Notes: generated from the sequence alone by a model not told the origin. 64,000 nt of DNA from Chiloscyllium plagiosum (GCF_004010195.1 NC_057752.1:6212044-6276043); one strand, 5' to 3'. Shown: positions 47,538 through 61,554, counted from the stretch's first letter. Translations and numbers: made by a program.

Positions 47538-50500
47538 GAAACCAAGATGGCGGCGATCTGAAAGGTCTGCTTTGCTGAGCTCTGCATCTCAGCTCAAGCA
47601 AAGTGGTACTTTAACCCTCCCCACTTTGGCCATTTTGGTAAAATTCGACATTAAAACAGTTTTAGAACCTTTATTAATCCTGTTTTTGTCTAGTGGAGAT
47701 GACAAAACATCAAAAAGGTTCGACTAAGTCCCAACATGTAGGACACCCACCAGAGATAGTGAACATGCCCGTGGTCGCAACCCCCTTTGCTAGTTCGTCG
47801 GACCCAATTATTTCCCAGGCCTTGGTTGCAGAGTTTGCGAAGCTGCAGGAAATGATTGAGACTTCGATCAAAGAGAAAATCTGCAGTAGGTAGGACCCGA
47901 TCTCCGCCGTGCTTCAGAAACATGAGCAGCAGCTTGAAGACCTCAAAGAGAATGGAGGAGGTTGAATGCTGGACTGCAACATCAGAGACTGCGATTGATT
48001 CCTCGAAGGTCCATACCTTAATGAAGCAAGTCGATGACCTCAAAAATAGAGGTAGGAGGAAGAATGTCCATATCGTCGGGCTGTCAGGAGCAGAAGGCAG
48101 TCAGCCAGCGTTTTTGAGAGCTGGCTGCTGCAATGCCTTCGCTTAGAGGCTGAAGCAGGCTGGGTGAAGATTGAGTGAGCTCACCAGGTCACAGTGTGCA
48201 AATCTGGTTCGGACCAGTGCCCTCGTTCAGTCCTAGTGCAATTCCATAGTTACGGGGACAAGCAAAGAGTTATGGAAGCCTCCAGAATTCAGGGGAGGGA
48301 TCCACAGGCTTCATTTTACCTACAATGGGTCTACACGCTCATTTGGCTCCTCAGAAAGCAAAAAAACTTTCTGGACAATTTAAACTAGGTTGGATGGTTT
48401 GATACATGGACAATTCCTTTTAGTGTTGTTGGATTTTTTTTCTGCTATTAATCAGCGTTAATGTATAGTTGGGGATGGGTAGAGTACTTACTTTTATCTT
48501 CTTTGTTAATGTTGCTATTTTCTTTCTTTTGAGTCTGGGGTGCCGATCAAGCTGGAAGGGATGATGGTGATTGTGGGATGTGTAAGTGCTCCCTGTTGCC
48601 AGGGGGTAAATTCCCTCATTGAGTGCCTTTGGTGCTTTGTATTTTGTTTGGTTGTTTGTGTATATAGTTCTCTAAAATTTTGGAAATTTGTTAGTTGTAG
48701 TAGTTTTAGTTTGTGTAGTTTTCAGGCTGAGTCATTTCTCGTTGATGCTCAGCAATCTGTAAGTCGAGTTCTTCCTCTCGGGAGTTCCGATATCATTGCA
48801 CAGGGTTATGGCTAATAGTGTGCTTAAATCACGTACCTGGAATATTAAGGGGAGCTGTTCGCCAGCTAAGAGGAAAAAGATACTTTCTAGTCTTAAAAAG
48901 GAGAGGGTGAACATTGCCCTATTAAAAGAGACTCCATCGTAGCCCACCCATCCTCACAACTTTCGGATTGATACAATTCAGAGTAAAATCTCTGAAATGC
49001 AGCATTGATCTTTTTAGAATTGCAAGTAAGAGTCCCACTCCCTTTCCTGATTGAGGTAATGAATTGGGGGAACTCTCTCTTTTTCCTGGTGATAAGGAAC
49101 ATTTGAAATTGCAGCAGGGTGAGTTTGATCAGGTATATTTCTCAGCTTTTAATACTAGGAGTAGGGGAGTGGCCATACTTCTTAGACAGAATCTCCCAAG
49201 CATGGGCGGTTCGTAATCCTTAAAAGCCTTGATACACGGAGAAGAGTATGGTATTTTTAATGTTTGTTGTCCTCCGGCGCACCCCCTTAAATTCCTGGTA
49301 GATGCATTTTCCAAACGGAGTACCCTTGCGTCGCGGCACATTATTATCGGGGGAGATTTTAATTGTCTATGGATCCCATGGTGGACAGAATGCCCAAAGG
49401 TCCCCCAATACTCCCTTTGCAATCTAAGCAACTAGTGGACTTGTGTGGAATTAGGACTGGTTGTCGGAGGCAGCTCCACCCCCATGGGTAGGGACTTTAC
49501 ATTCTTCTCTAATCTGCACAAGTGTCATTCTAGAATTGATCTCTACTTAACCCCAACCCTCCAACATTCTTGGATTCGGTGGCGTCCTGCCCAATTGAGA
49601 ATATTACCATTTCTGATCATGCAGCAGTATACTTAGTGCTTAAGATAAAGGGCAATATAACAGGTTTGTGGCACTAGCGAATGGATCCCTTTATTCTTAA
49701 GGACAGTAAGTTCATTTGAATATTTCTCTAATGCATTTAAAACTTTCTTAGCCATTAATTCAGATACAGCCATTAACCCGTCTATTGTCTGCTAAGGCTT
49801 ATGCTAGGGGGATAATTATTTCTTACTCTGCCAGTTGGAAACAAAGGGAGGGAGAGCAGCAATGCTTGCTGAACGCAGCTGAAAAGGCATATTTTGATAG
49901 ACCATTGGTGGCTAAGCTGCAGTGGGTCACAGCACTTTGGTCTACTTTTGAATTCCAGGCTCTCTCAGACAACAAGGAAGGAACTCGTTTTTGCAAAACA
50001 AAGGTTGTTTCAAGCATGGTGATAAGCCAGGCAGGTATCTTGCCAGGAATAAGAGCATTCCCCCAATTCATTACCTCAATCAGGAAAGCGAGTGGGACTC
50101 TTACTTGCAATTCTAAAAAGATCAATGCTGCATTTCAGAGATTTTACTCTGAATTGTATCAATCCGAAAGTTGTGAGGATGGGTGGGCTATGATGGAGTC
50201 TCTTTTAAAGAGCCTGGATCTTCCAGATGTAACCTCTGAGCAGGCATCTTTCCTTGACACTCCTTCAACAGTGAGGGAGGTACAGGAGGCTGTGAAGCAG
50301 CTTCAAAGCAGAAAGGTGTCATTTACAAAATACTTTGCAAGAACTGTGGCAAACACTACATTGGACAAACAAGCAGAAAGCTAGCCACCATGAACATCAA
50401 CTAGCCACAAAAATACATGACCCACTATCACTAGTATCTTTACATACAGATGAGGAAGGACACCACTTTGACTGGGACAACACTTCCATCCTAGGACAAG

Positions 50501-53049
50501 CCACACAGACACACACATGAGAATTCCTAGAAGCATGGCATTCCAACTGGAAATCTATCAACAAACACATTGACTTGGATCACATTTACCACCCCTGAGA
50601 AAAAGAACAGGAAATGACATCACCAAAGGAAATTACATCACAATCTAAACACACAAGTAAAAAGTGGGCCATACCACCAGTGCTTCACCGGAGGCTCACT
50701 GATGATGTTACCTAGTATGTCATAGAGTCACAGTCATAGAGATGTACAGCATGGAAACAGACCCATCCATGCTGACCAGATATCCCAACCTAATCTAGTC
50801 CCATTTGCCAGCACTTGGCCCATATCTCTCATACTCTCCCACCCCAGGGAAAATACTTTGTCTACTTATCCTATCCATGCCCCTCAAGATTTTATAAACA
50901 TCTATGAGGTCACCCCTCAGCCTTCGACGCTCCAGGGAAAACAGCCCCAGCCCACCCAACCATCCCCTCCAACCCTGACAACATCCCCGAAAATCTCCTC
51001 TGAACCATCGCTACCCTCACAACATCCTTCTGATAGGAAGGAGACCAAAACTGCGCACAACCCTCCAAAAGTGGCCCAACCAATGTCCTGCACAGCCGCA
51101 ACAGGTGATGAAACATCTGAAAACAAACCTTCCAGCTCAGTGAGCAAACATACATCCAATGTATTAATTCATTTGGCGCCTTTTCAGGCTATAAGATTAA
51201 TTTTTCTAAATCGGAGGCCATGCCTATGGGAGTCTTGGGATACCCAACGCCAAGGGTGAATCACAATTTCCCTTTAAATGGTCACGGGGAGGGGGTTTCT
51301 TTACTTCGGTGTTTTTGTTACTCTTTGGTCAGTTATTTAAGGCTAATTTTGTTCATTTGTTTGACAGAATTAAGCAAGACCTTTGAAGATGGGAGTCATT
51401 TCCAATATCTTAGGCCAAGTCACCCTTACTAAAATGAATATCCTTCCTCATTTGTTATACCCTATGTGAATGCTTCCTTTGATCTGTCCTGGGCAAATAT
51501 TCCGGAGACTTAATGGCTGGTTTAGCTCTTTTATCTGGCATCACAGGCGGCCCCTTATCAAGCTAGTCAAATTGCAACTGCCCCATAGACTGAGGGGAGT
51601 GGATCTCCCGGACGTTAAAAGATACCAACTAAGCTCCCTTTTATTTTTTGAGTGACTGGGTCTGTGAGGACCTGGTGTCAAGATGGTTAGATATTGAGGC
51701 TTCTCAGGTAAAATGCCCCTTTATAAGCCTGCTGTTCTTAGACAAAATGAGGACAGTTATGGAATTTGTCATAATCTAAGAATCATTAATACCGTTAAAG
51801 TATGGAGAACAATGCAGCAGAGCGAGGGCAATCTATCCAAAACCTCTTTTCTCACCCCTATAATTGGTATGCCGAGTTTTAAGCTGGCGATGATGGATCC
51901 TGGGTTTAAACTCTGGCAGCTAGAGGTGTTTCCTGTTTGGGTGACTTATTTGAGGGGGAAACAATGATGTCCTTTGATCAAATGACTCGTAAGTATGGAT
52001 TATCTTGTGGAGACCTTTTTCGTTTTTTCCAGATTAGAGATTTTACTCAAAAAGGAACTACGCTTTTAACCAACTCTTACAGATCCGATATCAAGAAGAG
52101 GGTGCTTTATGCTAAAAGCACTCTCTCCGTTAGTACTCGTTATCATCTGTTGTGGGGTGGCCCCTTGGATGAGATTGAGCAGCTTTGTGAGATCTGGGAG
52201 AGAGAGTTGGGGGTTGAGATCTCCTCTGAGACATGGGAGGATGTTTGAGAGAAAGAAAGATTTTGATCTGTAATAGGACCCATGTCATGCAGTTGAAGAT
52301 TCTTCATAGGGTCTATCTGACCCCAGATCGCCCCTCAATTTATGGAGGGAGTATCCTCAGCATGTCCTAAGTGTAAAATAAGTACGAGTACTCTCACTCA
52401 TTGCTTGTGGTCCTGCCACAGGCTTTGCACATACTGGAGTGCTGTGGTGGGAGTAACAGAGAGGGTCTTGAGGACCAATGTTAAGATGGACCCGGTCTCT
52501 CTTCTGGGCAGGCCCAGTTTACCACCTTTAGATGCTCATGGGGGAAAATAAGTTTGAATATCCCTACTTTCTGTGCGAGGAAAAACATTCTGATATGTTG
52601 GGTGTCTGAGAACCCTCCAGGTCTGTCAGGTTGGCGTAAGCGAATCATGGAGCATATCCCTCTGGATTTTCTCACAAATAAGGTGCACCAAAACCTGAAA
52701 TTTTTTAGAAGACATGGCAGCCCTTTTTGGATTACCTGGATGCAGACTTGTCTGCCACTCGAATTAGGATTTTTGTATAGTCATGATGATTTGATTTAGT
52801 GAATCTGGTAGCCTGAGAGGAAGAATTTTGAATAAATGAGTGTATAATATTTAAAGCTCTTGAAGGTCGAGTGCTATTGTTTTATTACGTTGAGCTGTTT
52901 GATTTATTTATTATTCCTATTTGTTTATTTTGTTCTGTATGTATATGCACATGAGTACATTTGTGTTGTTTTTTTTCTCTTTCTTAAGTAGTGTTGATTT
53001 ATTGTAATTTTAGAAAAAATCTTTTCCAATAAAAAGTGAGAAAAAAAAA
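47538..53049 (+). mobile_element. L1-clade LINE, near full length but decayed: ORF1, APE endonuclease, RT core missing, CCHC tail, poly(A)
   Basis: ORF1 DDLKNRGRRKNVHIVGL; ORF2 start at 48808 (..TWNIKG..RKKILSSLKKERVNIALL.ET), IIGGDFNC, SRIDLYL; FSGYKINFSKSE at ~51180; CPKC...HCLWSC; aataaa plus A-tail. Confidence 0.92.
50316..51158 (+). mobile_element. Penelope GIY-YIG fragment nested in L1, itself split by a minus-strand CR1 fragment (50720-51102)
   Basis: VIYKILCKNCGKHYIGQT...HEHQLATK; paralogue of 28258-28770. Confidence 0.88.
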
Positions 53050-54689
53050 TTACTTTCTCTCCAGAGAAGCTGCCAGACTTGCTGAGTGTTTTCCAGTAAT
53101 TTCTGATTTTGTTTGTGATATCCAGCATCTGCAGTCTCGTGGAAAATATCACTAGGCCATAGTCTCTCCTTGAAATGTCCTACTGAAACAGCAAACAGGT
53201 TCTTCCTCTGTACAGGAGACACAGGTCAGATGTTACAACTTTCCACTGTGCTATGAGGAACTAAGATTACAGCAGCTGCATTTGTAGACCATTCTCAATA
53301 TAAGTGCCTCAGTCCACTGCCATACCCTCCAAAAATCTGAGATTTTAGTCAACCCATCATGGCACTGTACCTGTCATTGTATTTTTTTCAAATGCAAAAT
53401 AAAACTTCCCTGGAAATTGGAAATAACCCTAAAATATGGATTGTATCACTGTGTGGATGTTTATTCCTGCGTTAGTTTGTAGGTTCCTTTTTAAACTCTA
53501 TCAATATTCACACATCTCCCTGATATACGCAAGTACATATACACTATGAAATACTAATGCCTCCTTTTGACTGTGGGTGCCAAATGGCTTCTCTTTGTGG
53601 GAGTATTGAAAAATTTGGAGAATTGTGACATGACCTGTACTTATTTTTAACCTAATGGCAGGAATAGAATCAGAAGTTTGTGATGGAACTGTACTCCCAT
53701 ATAAACACTACGCTAGTGTAAGATTCTGCCCAAATAGTAAGGCAGTGGCAAGCAGCCAGTATTGTTATATTGTTAGCAGTTGATTTAGGAGTTATTTACA
53801 GGTCTGTAGTTCTGGAACTGGTGAGCCATGGAAAGAATTATAAAGTGCTTATTCCATGCTTGAAGAGCAAGGGGTGGAGATGCTAAGAGCAATCAAGTTG
53901 TTTTTTTTAATTTCCCCTCAAGTACCGTGATCAAACAATTCTCCACATCACTATCCTGCTACACAATTTTAAAATTCTCATCCTTGTTTTCAAATTTCTC
54001 CTTTTCCCCTTTTTATCTCTGTAATCTCCAGCCCCATTACACTCCAATTCTGGCCTCCACTAGCATTCAGCTGCATGGACCCCAAAGCTCTGGAATTGCT
54101 TCCTTTAACCTCTCCAACTATTTAAAACCTGCTCTTTTGGTTTCCTGTCCTAGAATCTCCCTATGTAGCTTGGTTTCATAATTTATTTGGTAATGTTATT
54201 GTGACGCGCCTTCAGCAGTTTACTGTTTTAAGTATGCTACATAAATGCAAGTTGGAAGTTGTTGCTGTTATATTAGTGATTCCAGTTCTGACCATAAGAT
54301 GGCAGCTTCAGGCCTGCTGCAACTTGGAAATTTGTGAAACGTGAATAGCAGCAGGGTGCACCCTTTCCAAAATGCCAGAAAGTGTTGTCAACATTGCAGT
54401 AAATCACAAGGGCTGGGAATATAAAAGTAACTTATCCAACAAAGAATATGTCTCCACTGGGCTCCCAACTTTTTAACACTTTTAATTCCCTTGCCTGACA
54501 AGAATTTATTTACCTCCACCTTGAAAATATTCAATAATCCCCACCACCTTCTCAGACAGAGTTCCAAAGTTTCACAATCTTCTGAGAGGAAAGAAATGTC
54601 TTCACCTCTGTCCTAAGAGCGCAGCCCTTAACTTCTAAACAGTGCCTCCTAGTTCTGGACTCACCCACAACAGGAAACCACAATCACCT

Positions 54690-56650
54690 TGTCAAGACAT
54701 GATTTGGAGATGCTGGTGTTGGACAGGGGTGGACAAAGTTTAAAAATCCCACAACACCAGGTTATAATCCAACAGGTTTATTTGGAAGCACTAGCCTTCA
54801 AGGTGCTGCCTCTTCAGGTGGTTGTGGAACATAACCATACGACACAGCACTTACAGCAAAAGGGTCACAGTGTCATGGAGTTGTAATGATATATTAAACA
54901 ACCAAGTTATAGTTCTTAAACAAATTTTGATTGTCTTTCATCTTTATTTGTATCATCGATAACACAGGTGAGGTGCCGGAACACTGGAGGTTGGCAAACG
55001 TGGTGCCACTGTTTAAGAAGGGCGGTAAAGACAAGCCAGGGAACTATAGACCGGTGAGCCTTACCTCGGTGGTGGGCAAGTTGTTGGAGGGAATCCTGAG
55101 GGACAGGATGTACACGATTTGGAAAGGCAAGGACTGATTCGGGATAGTCAACGTGGCTTTGTGCGTGGGAAATCATGTCTCACAAACTTGATTGAGTTTT
55201 TTGATGAAGTAACAAAGAAGATTGAGGGCAGAGCAGTAGAGGTGATCTATATGGACTTCAGTAAGGCGTTCGACAAGGTTCCCCATGGGAGACTGATTAG
55301 CAAGGTTAGATCTCATGGAATACAGGGAGAACTAGCCATTTGGATACAGAACTGGCTCAAAGGTAGAAGACCTTTGGTAGTGGAGGGTTGTTTTTCAGAC
55401 TGGAGGCCTGAGACCAGTGGAGTGCCACAAGGGTCGGTGCTGAGTCCTCTACCTTTTGTCATTTCATAAATGATTTGGATGCAAGCATAAGAGATATAGT
55501 TAGTAAGTTTGCAGATGACACCAAAATTGGAGGTGTAGTGGACAGTGAAGAGGGTTACCTCAGATTACAACAGGATCTGGACCAGATGGGCCAATGGGCT
55601 GAGAAGTGGCAGATGGAGTTTAATTCAGATAAATGCGAGGTGCTGCATTTTGGGAAAGCAANNNTGGTCAGAGTATTGAGTACAGGAGTTGGGAGGTCAT
55701 GTTGCGGCTGTACAGGACATTGGTTAGGCCACTGTTGGAATATTCCATGCAATTCTGGTCTCCTTCCTATCGGAAAAATGTTGTGAAACTTGAAAGGGTT
55801 CAGAAAAGATTTACAAGGATGTTGTCAGGGTTGGAGGATTTGAGCTACAGGGAGAGGCTGAACAGGCTGGGGCTGTTTTCCCTGGAGCGTTGGAGGCTGA
55901 GGGGTGACCTTATAGAGGTTTACAAAATTATGAGGCATGGATAGGATAAATAGGCAAAGTCTTTTCCCTGGGGTCTGGGAGTCCAGAACTAGAGGGCAGA
56001 GGTTTAGGGTGAGAGGGGAAAGATATAAAAGAGACCTATGGGGCAACCTTTTCACGCAGAGGGTGGTACGTGTATGGAATGAGCTGCCAGAAGAAGTGGT
56101 GGAGGCTGGTACAATTGCAACATTTAAGAGGTACTTGGATGGGTATATGAATAGGAAGGGTTTGGAGGGATATGGGCCGAGTGCTGGCAGGTGGGACTAG
56201 ATTGGGTTGGGATATCTGGTTGGCATAGACAGGTTGGACCAAAGGGTCTGTTTCCATGCTGTACATCTCTATGGTGGTTTAGGTTCTTTAATATGTGAAT
56301 CCCAGAATTACATTCTCAAGGTGGCGTCAGCTTATCTAATCATAGGTGTCATCTCGGCTCAGACAACGCATTAAATGTGTGAAGGTAAAGTCTGTACCAA
56401 TGTTGAGTCAATTCTATTTCTAAAGTGGGGCTTACAGAATCTTACGTAGATTTACACAGTTTTTGAGCAAAATGAAATGTAATTCTGCAAATACAAATTC
56501 ACCCCATAAACTTGTGTGTGCGTGTGTAAGCTTGGTCAAGTATGAGTATGATGGGGTATAAGCCTGAGAGGGTGCGTGTGGGGGGCGCATGTGTGTGTGT
56601 GTATGAAACAGGGTATGCGTGAGTGTGCAAGTATGTAGGAGTGTGTCACC
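54690..56650 (-). mobile_element. Probable Penelope-like element of another family, interrupted by CR1
   Basis: Reverse complement cacctgaagaggcagcaccttgaaggctagtgcttccaaataaacc (degenerate hammerhead-type end); resumes after 56275, with a GT-rich tract at 56510-56650. Confidence 0.55.
54960..56275 (+). mobile_element. CR1 LINE RT + 3' UTR (young), with an assembly gap (nnn) at 55662-55664
   Basis: PGNYRPVSLTSVVGKLLE, YMDFSKAFDKVPH, GVPQGSVL, KFADDTK. Confidence 0.95.
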
Positions 56651-57559
56651 ACAGTACAGTTTCTCACTGGACCAACAGTCTGGTCAGTTCTGATGTATTA
56701 AAAAAAGTTAGCTCATGTTCAAAACTGAATTATCTCCAAAGAAAAATTCTGAGAGAAGCTGGGAATGGGGGTGAATTAAATTATGGGTTTTGAGCTTTTA
56801 TAGGTTTTTTTATTAACGTTCATTCATCCACTGGGATGGGAGGCATATGAATCCAAGAACGTTACTTCTTCCCAGTATTCTGCAGCCTTTCTGTTCATCC
56901 AGCTTTATTTAGTTCACATTCCCCTTGAAGACATTCCTTTCCAGAATTCTCCAGAGTGGATTCCTGAAGCAGGGCCAATGAGAGATTTATGGAAAGGGAG
57001 GGAGAGGGCGTTCAGAATGAGCCATTGGTCTTTGCCCTGAAAACTTGCAGGAAACAGTGAATGTGTGCAATCTGCACACAATTCTCAATGTGTACCATAC
57101 ACAGTACTTGAAGCATGGTCTAACCAAGATTTAATGCAAATTTTGCATAATATCCCTACTTATACCTCGCCAAATAAATCTTAGAGCTTGTTTTACTTTC
57201 TTATGACCTTGGTAACATAGAAAATAGGCAGAGGTGCTACATTCAGTCCTACAGTACCATTCAACAGTATCCCACTTCTGCTTTCCTCTCCATATAAGGT
57301 ACAGGCACCACTGGGATACAAACCCAAGATATCCTGTTTACTGTGCAGCTATTTTAATCAACTAAGCCACAGCACCATCACCCCTACAACACAACTGGTC
57401 ATATTAACTCTCCTTGGGCTCCAGGATTTCTTCAAAAGTTCCCATCCCATATATTTGGCTCTAGGCAGAGTCCAGGTGCTTTCATCTGTGCCTTTTGTTA
57501 GTTACCTCTAGATTTGATCATTCCAACACACCCCCCACATTTACCCTCTGGAATCTTGA

Positions 57560-58050
57560 GGTAATCCAAAATTCAGCTGCCTGTGTTGTAACTCACAGTA
57601 AGTCCTGTTCACCTATCAACCCTGTGCTCACTGGTCTACCTGGGCTCCCAGTCAAATAATGTCTTCATTTTAAAATTCTCATCCTTGTTTCCAAATCCCT
57701 CCATGATCCCTCACCCTCTCCCTCTTTCCATAATAGCCTTCAGATCTGCAACCTTCCGAGATAGCGGTGTTCCTCGAATTCCAGCTTCTTGTGCATTCCT
57801 AATAATAATCATTCCACCACTGATGGCTGCAGCTTCAATTACCTGAGACCCAAGATCTGGAATTCCCTCCTTATACCTCTCTGCCTCTCTCTAGCTCCCT
57901 TTACTTCTTTCAGACACTTCTTAAAACTAATCTCTTGGGTTAGAGGACCAAATATCTCCTTAAAAAGCTCAATGTCATGTTTTATTTTATAATGCTTTTC
58001 TGGAATGTTTTAGGACATTGCATTATGCTAAAGCTACTACATAAAGTATT
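57560..58050 (+). mobile_element. L2-like LINE 3' end
   Basis: SPVHLSTLCS/WLPV..FKILILV-like sequence; DGCSFNYLRPKIWNSL. Confidence 0.75.
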
Positions 58051-58274
58051 CTTGATAAAGATCACTCCCTTCAGAAGGTGGAACAATGTATCCCGGAACA
58101 TGGCACGCATTGTCAGTGTGAAGTATGCTCAGCAAGGTGGTGAAAATGATCAGCTCTCCTCTGGTTGGCTGAGTGGACCTGACAGTAGTCACAGTGAGCC
58201 CAACTTTAACCCAATTTCAACTTATTCACTTACGTGAGTTAAAAACAGGCCTAAATGTGACCAAACCTCACTTT

Positions 58275-58765
58275 TAAGACTATAAGACATAGGAGCAGAA
58301 ACTAGGCTATTCAGCCTATTGAACCTGCTCTGCCATTCAATCATGGCTGATAAGTTTCTCAATCCCATTCTCCTGCTTTCTCCACTTAACCCTTGATCCC
58401 CTTGATACTCAAAGACCTATCTACCTCAGTCTTAAATATACGCAATGACCGGGTCTCCACAGCCTTCTGTGGCAATGAATTCCATAGATTTGCCACTCTC
58501 TGGCTGAAGAAGTTTCTCCTTATCTCCGTTCTAAAAGGTTTTCCCCTTTACTCTAAGGCTATGCCCTCAGGTCCTAGTCTTTCCCACCAATGGAAACACC
58601 TTCCTAACATTTACTCTGTCCAGGCCGTTCAGTATTCAGTATGTTTCAATTAGATCCCCCCTCATCCCTGCTAGACTCCAAGTATAGACCCAGAGTCCTC
58701 AAACGTTCCTCATATGTTAAGCCTCTCATTCCTGGGACAGTTCTCGTGAACCTCCTCTGAACACA
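58275..58765 (-). mobile_element. CR1 subfamily 3' fragment
   Basis: VQRRFTRTVPGMRGLTYEERLRTLGLY. Confidence 0.85.
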
Positions 58766-59194
58766 CTTTCTGAATGTATTTGTTATGGGGAGTGAAAGTA
58801 ATGTGAAAGGGTGAATATTAAACTGTTGCTCCATAATTTCTGCATTCAATAAACAGTATATTTATTGCCGTCTTTGTCAATACTTTTTCTTTTTATGCTC
58901 ACCATCTCCAGACAACCTGGTCTCTTTACAGGAGGAGGATACAGGGGATTCTATGAGCAGTGAAGATGCTACAATCTGTTTGACTGATCCCCAAAAATAA
59001 ATCCCTCCACTTAACCATGTTCTGTCATCGATAACTGTCCCTCGATTTGAGAATGAATTCTACTCAGGATCACAAGTTTCAGCTGTGAATCTTCATGTGA
59101 CCAAGCTTGCTAATTCACAACCTGCAGGTCTTTGGGCACATGTGACAGGTCATCCCACACGATAGTGGGATCCAGATTGCAGGGTTTGCTTCTG

Positions 59195-59292
59195 TCTCAT
59201 AGAATCATAGAAACCCTACTGTGTGGAAGCAGACCATTCGGCCCATCGAGCCAACACTGACCCTCCAAAGAGCATTCCACCCAGACCCACCT
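59195..59292 (-). mobile_element. HE1-like SINE 3' fragment
   Basis: tcatagaatcatagaaaccctactgtgtggaagcagaccattcggcc. Confidence 0.7.
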
Positions 59293-59744
59293 TTACCACG
59301 GCCAATCCATTAACATAAACTCACACTCAAAGTGTGGTGCAACTTGACAAAATCTTTCCTTCAACATAATCCAAATGTATACGGGAAGTGGAATATTGAT
59401 TGATTGGGTTTGTGTTGATGTGAGTTTTGCTTTTGCAACTTTCAAAGATTGGCCATGTATCTCGAGAACAGTAGGCAAATTTGGTACATGAAAGGTAGCA
59501 AACACTGCAGTCATCTGTGTACTACAACTTCATCATGGCCTCCTCACATTTGTTAACAGTACAAAAGCCTCATCATGATGCTCAGGCCCATACAGAGCAG
59601 CAGCTATCTGAAGTGGCAACAACATCTGAGTGGGAGTTGGCTTGGGAACAGAAACCCAAAGAGTCCCTGTTCTTTGGAGGCCATTCAGCTTGGAAACCTG
59701 TCTGTCATTGATTTGGATCATGGATGATCAGTGTGCTAGTGCTA

Positions 59745-60110
59745 ACTGTGGCTCAGTGGGTCGCGCTCTTTATCACAAGGTTCCAGTCTCACTCCATATC
59801 TTTAGTACAAAAATTAGTGTTAACATTCGAGTGCTGCATTGGTGGAGGTGTAATCTTTCAGATGAAACATTAAACCCTATCTACCCTCCCAAGTGGATGT
59901 AAAAAATCCCAAGGTACTATTCCAAAGAAAAGCAGGAGAGCTTTCACCTGTGATCTCGTCATGATCGCATTGCTGATCACGCAAACTTGCTGTGCACAAA
60001 TTAACTGCTGTATTTCCCTCTAACACTGATTACACTTCAATAAGTACTTAATTGGTTGTGAAGCGCTTAGGTCATCCTGGGATTTGATCGGTGCTGTATA
60101 AATGTAAGAT
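59745..60110 (+). mobile_element. SacSINE1-like DeuSINE
   Basis: Head tgtggctcagtggg, Deu-domain ctttcagatgaaacattaaacc, tail gtgctgtataaatgtaag. Confidence 0.78.
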
Positions 60111-60429
60111 TTTACAAATTCCACTTGATTGGTTTCATCATCTTAATGTCCTTACCTAATAAACATCTGTCAATCCCAGTTTTGAAATGGCTAGTTGGCT
60201 CCCACTGTCTCAACAACTTTTTTTTTCTGGGGAGGGAGATCCAGATTTCCGCTACCACTTCATGTCTTCAATGAGATTGATGGAAAGTCAAGCGGGGATA
60301 GGATTGGCCTGAAAAACCCAGGAAGAATAGTGTCTGAGTGAATGAGGAAGCAAACCCCATGTCAGAATGCTGCAAAGGCGACGCCAACTACCTGAGACTT
60401 TAGACTGTCAAGGGAAATGAAAGTCAAAA

Positions 60430-60840
60430 GACCTGCAATTATACAGTACTTTTCACAGCCATCGGATGGCTCAAAGATAGTTACAGGCAATTAAATACCT
60501 TTGAGGTGTAGTTGCTGTTATCATGTAGGAAATATAGGAGATAAATGTGCTCTGCAAGCTCCCACAATGTCATGATGACCAGATATTTTTGTGATGTGAG
60601 GGATAAATATTGACCACGACATCAGGGAGAATTCCCTTGCTTTTCTTCAAAATTACGTAATGGGATCTTTAATGTTCACTTGAGTGGCCATATGTAGCCT
60701 TGGTTTAATGCCTCACCTAAAAGATAACATCTCTGACAGTGCCACATTCCCTCGGTATTTGACTGTTGTACTCTGGAGTGGGACCTGAACCCAAAATATT
60801 GAGAACCTAGAGGCAAGATTGTTACTGAACTGAGCTGACA
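60430..60840 (-). mobile_element. SacSINE1-like DeuSINE
   Basis: Reverse complement of the Deu-domain and tRNA head. Confidence 0.75.
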
Positions 60841-61554
60841 TCGGTAAAGTAAAGTGATCCAGCTAATGTGGCTCATGAAGAAATCCAGGAGAATGACATG
60901 TTTACATGCACAAATGTACAAGATGTTGTTCAGGGCAGCAATGCTTCGGCAGAACAGACTTATCTGATGTTTTTCATAATGAATCCTCTAAGGCATTCAG
61001 CTATGTCAAATTTTCTGATACTTAATCTTACTTGTTGCTCAACTCTATTTATATAGCCAATTACTTCCACCCCTATCTGTTTATTGACTGGTGCTTTATG
61101 CAAATACTCTGAGGTCCTTAAAAGGGGGTGCAATGGCAATTAAATCTGTTAGCTAATTAACAACAGTTTTGATCAGGGCAGATTGGAAAAGGGTGTACCT
61201 GATGAGATTCTGGAGGAATGAACAATTCAAGTTTCCAATCTACCATTGATTGGAGATTAAATACAAATGTCAGGGTACAAACCATCCGTTATGGTTGCTA
61301 AAACATGGATTTTCATGTGCAGAATCTGCTAAATGTCCTGTTAGTTCCGCAGTGATATCAAGTTTACTGAATGGGGACATTTGATTGACAATGTGAGAAT
61401 TCTCATAAAATGGATCAAATTTTCAGGTGTGCAAGTTGGGTGACCCAGTTTGTTTTTTGTATTGCAGTTCTTTGTCAATCAAGCCAACAGGCAACCTCAT
61501 TGGCAGCAGAAACTATCAGGGAGACAAGTCACAATTTGAACTCACAATGGGCAA

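Noticed and set aside
55655..55670. Apparent ~150-bp deletion in the CR1 ORF2
   Set aside because: It coincides with the nnn assembly gap, so it is not biological evidence.
56510..56650. GT-rich tract as a functional element
   Set aside because: It is a degenerate microsatellite within a repeat remnant.
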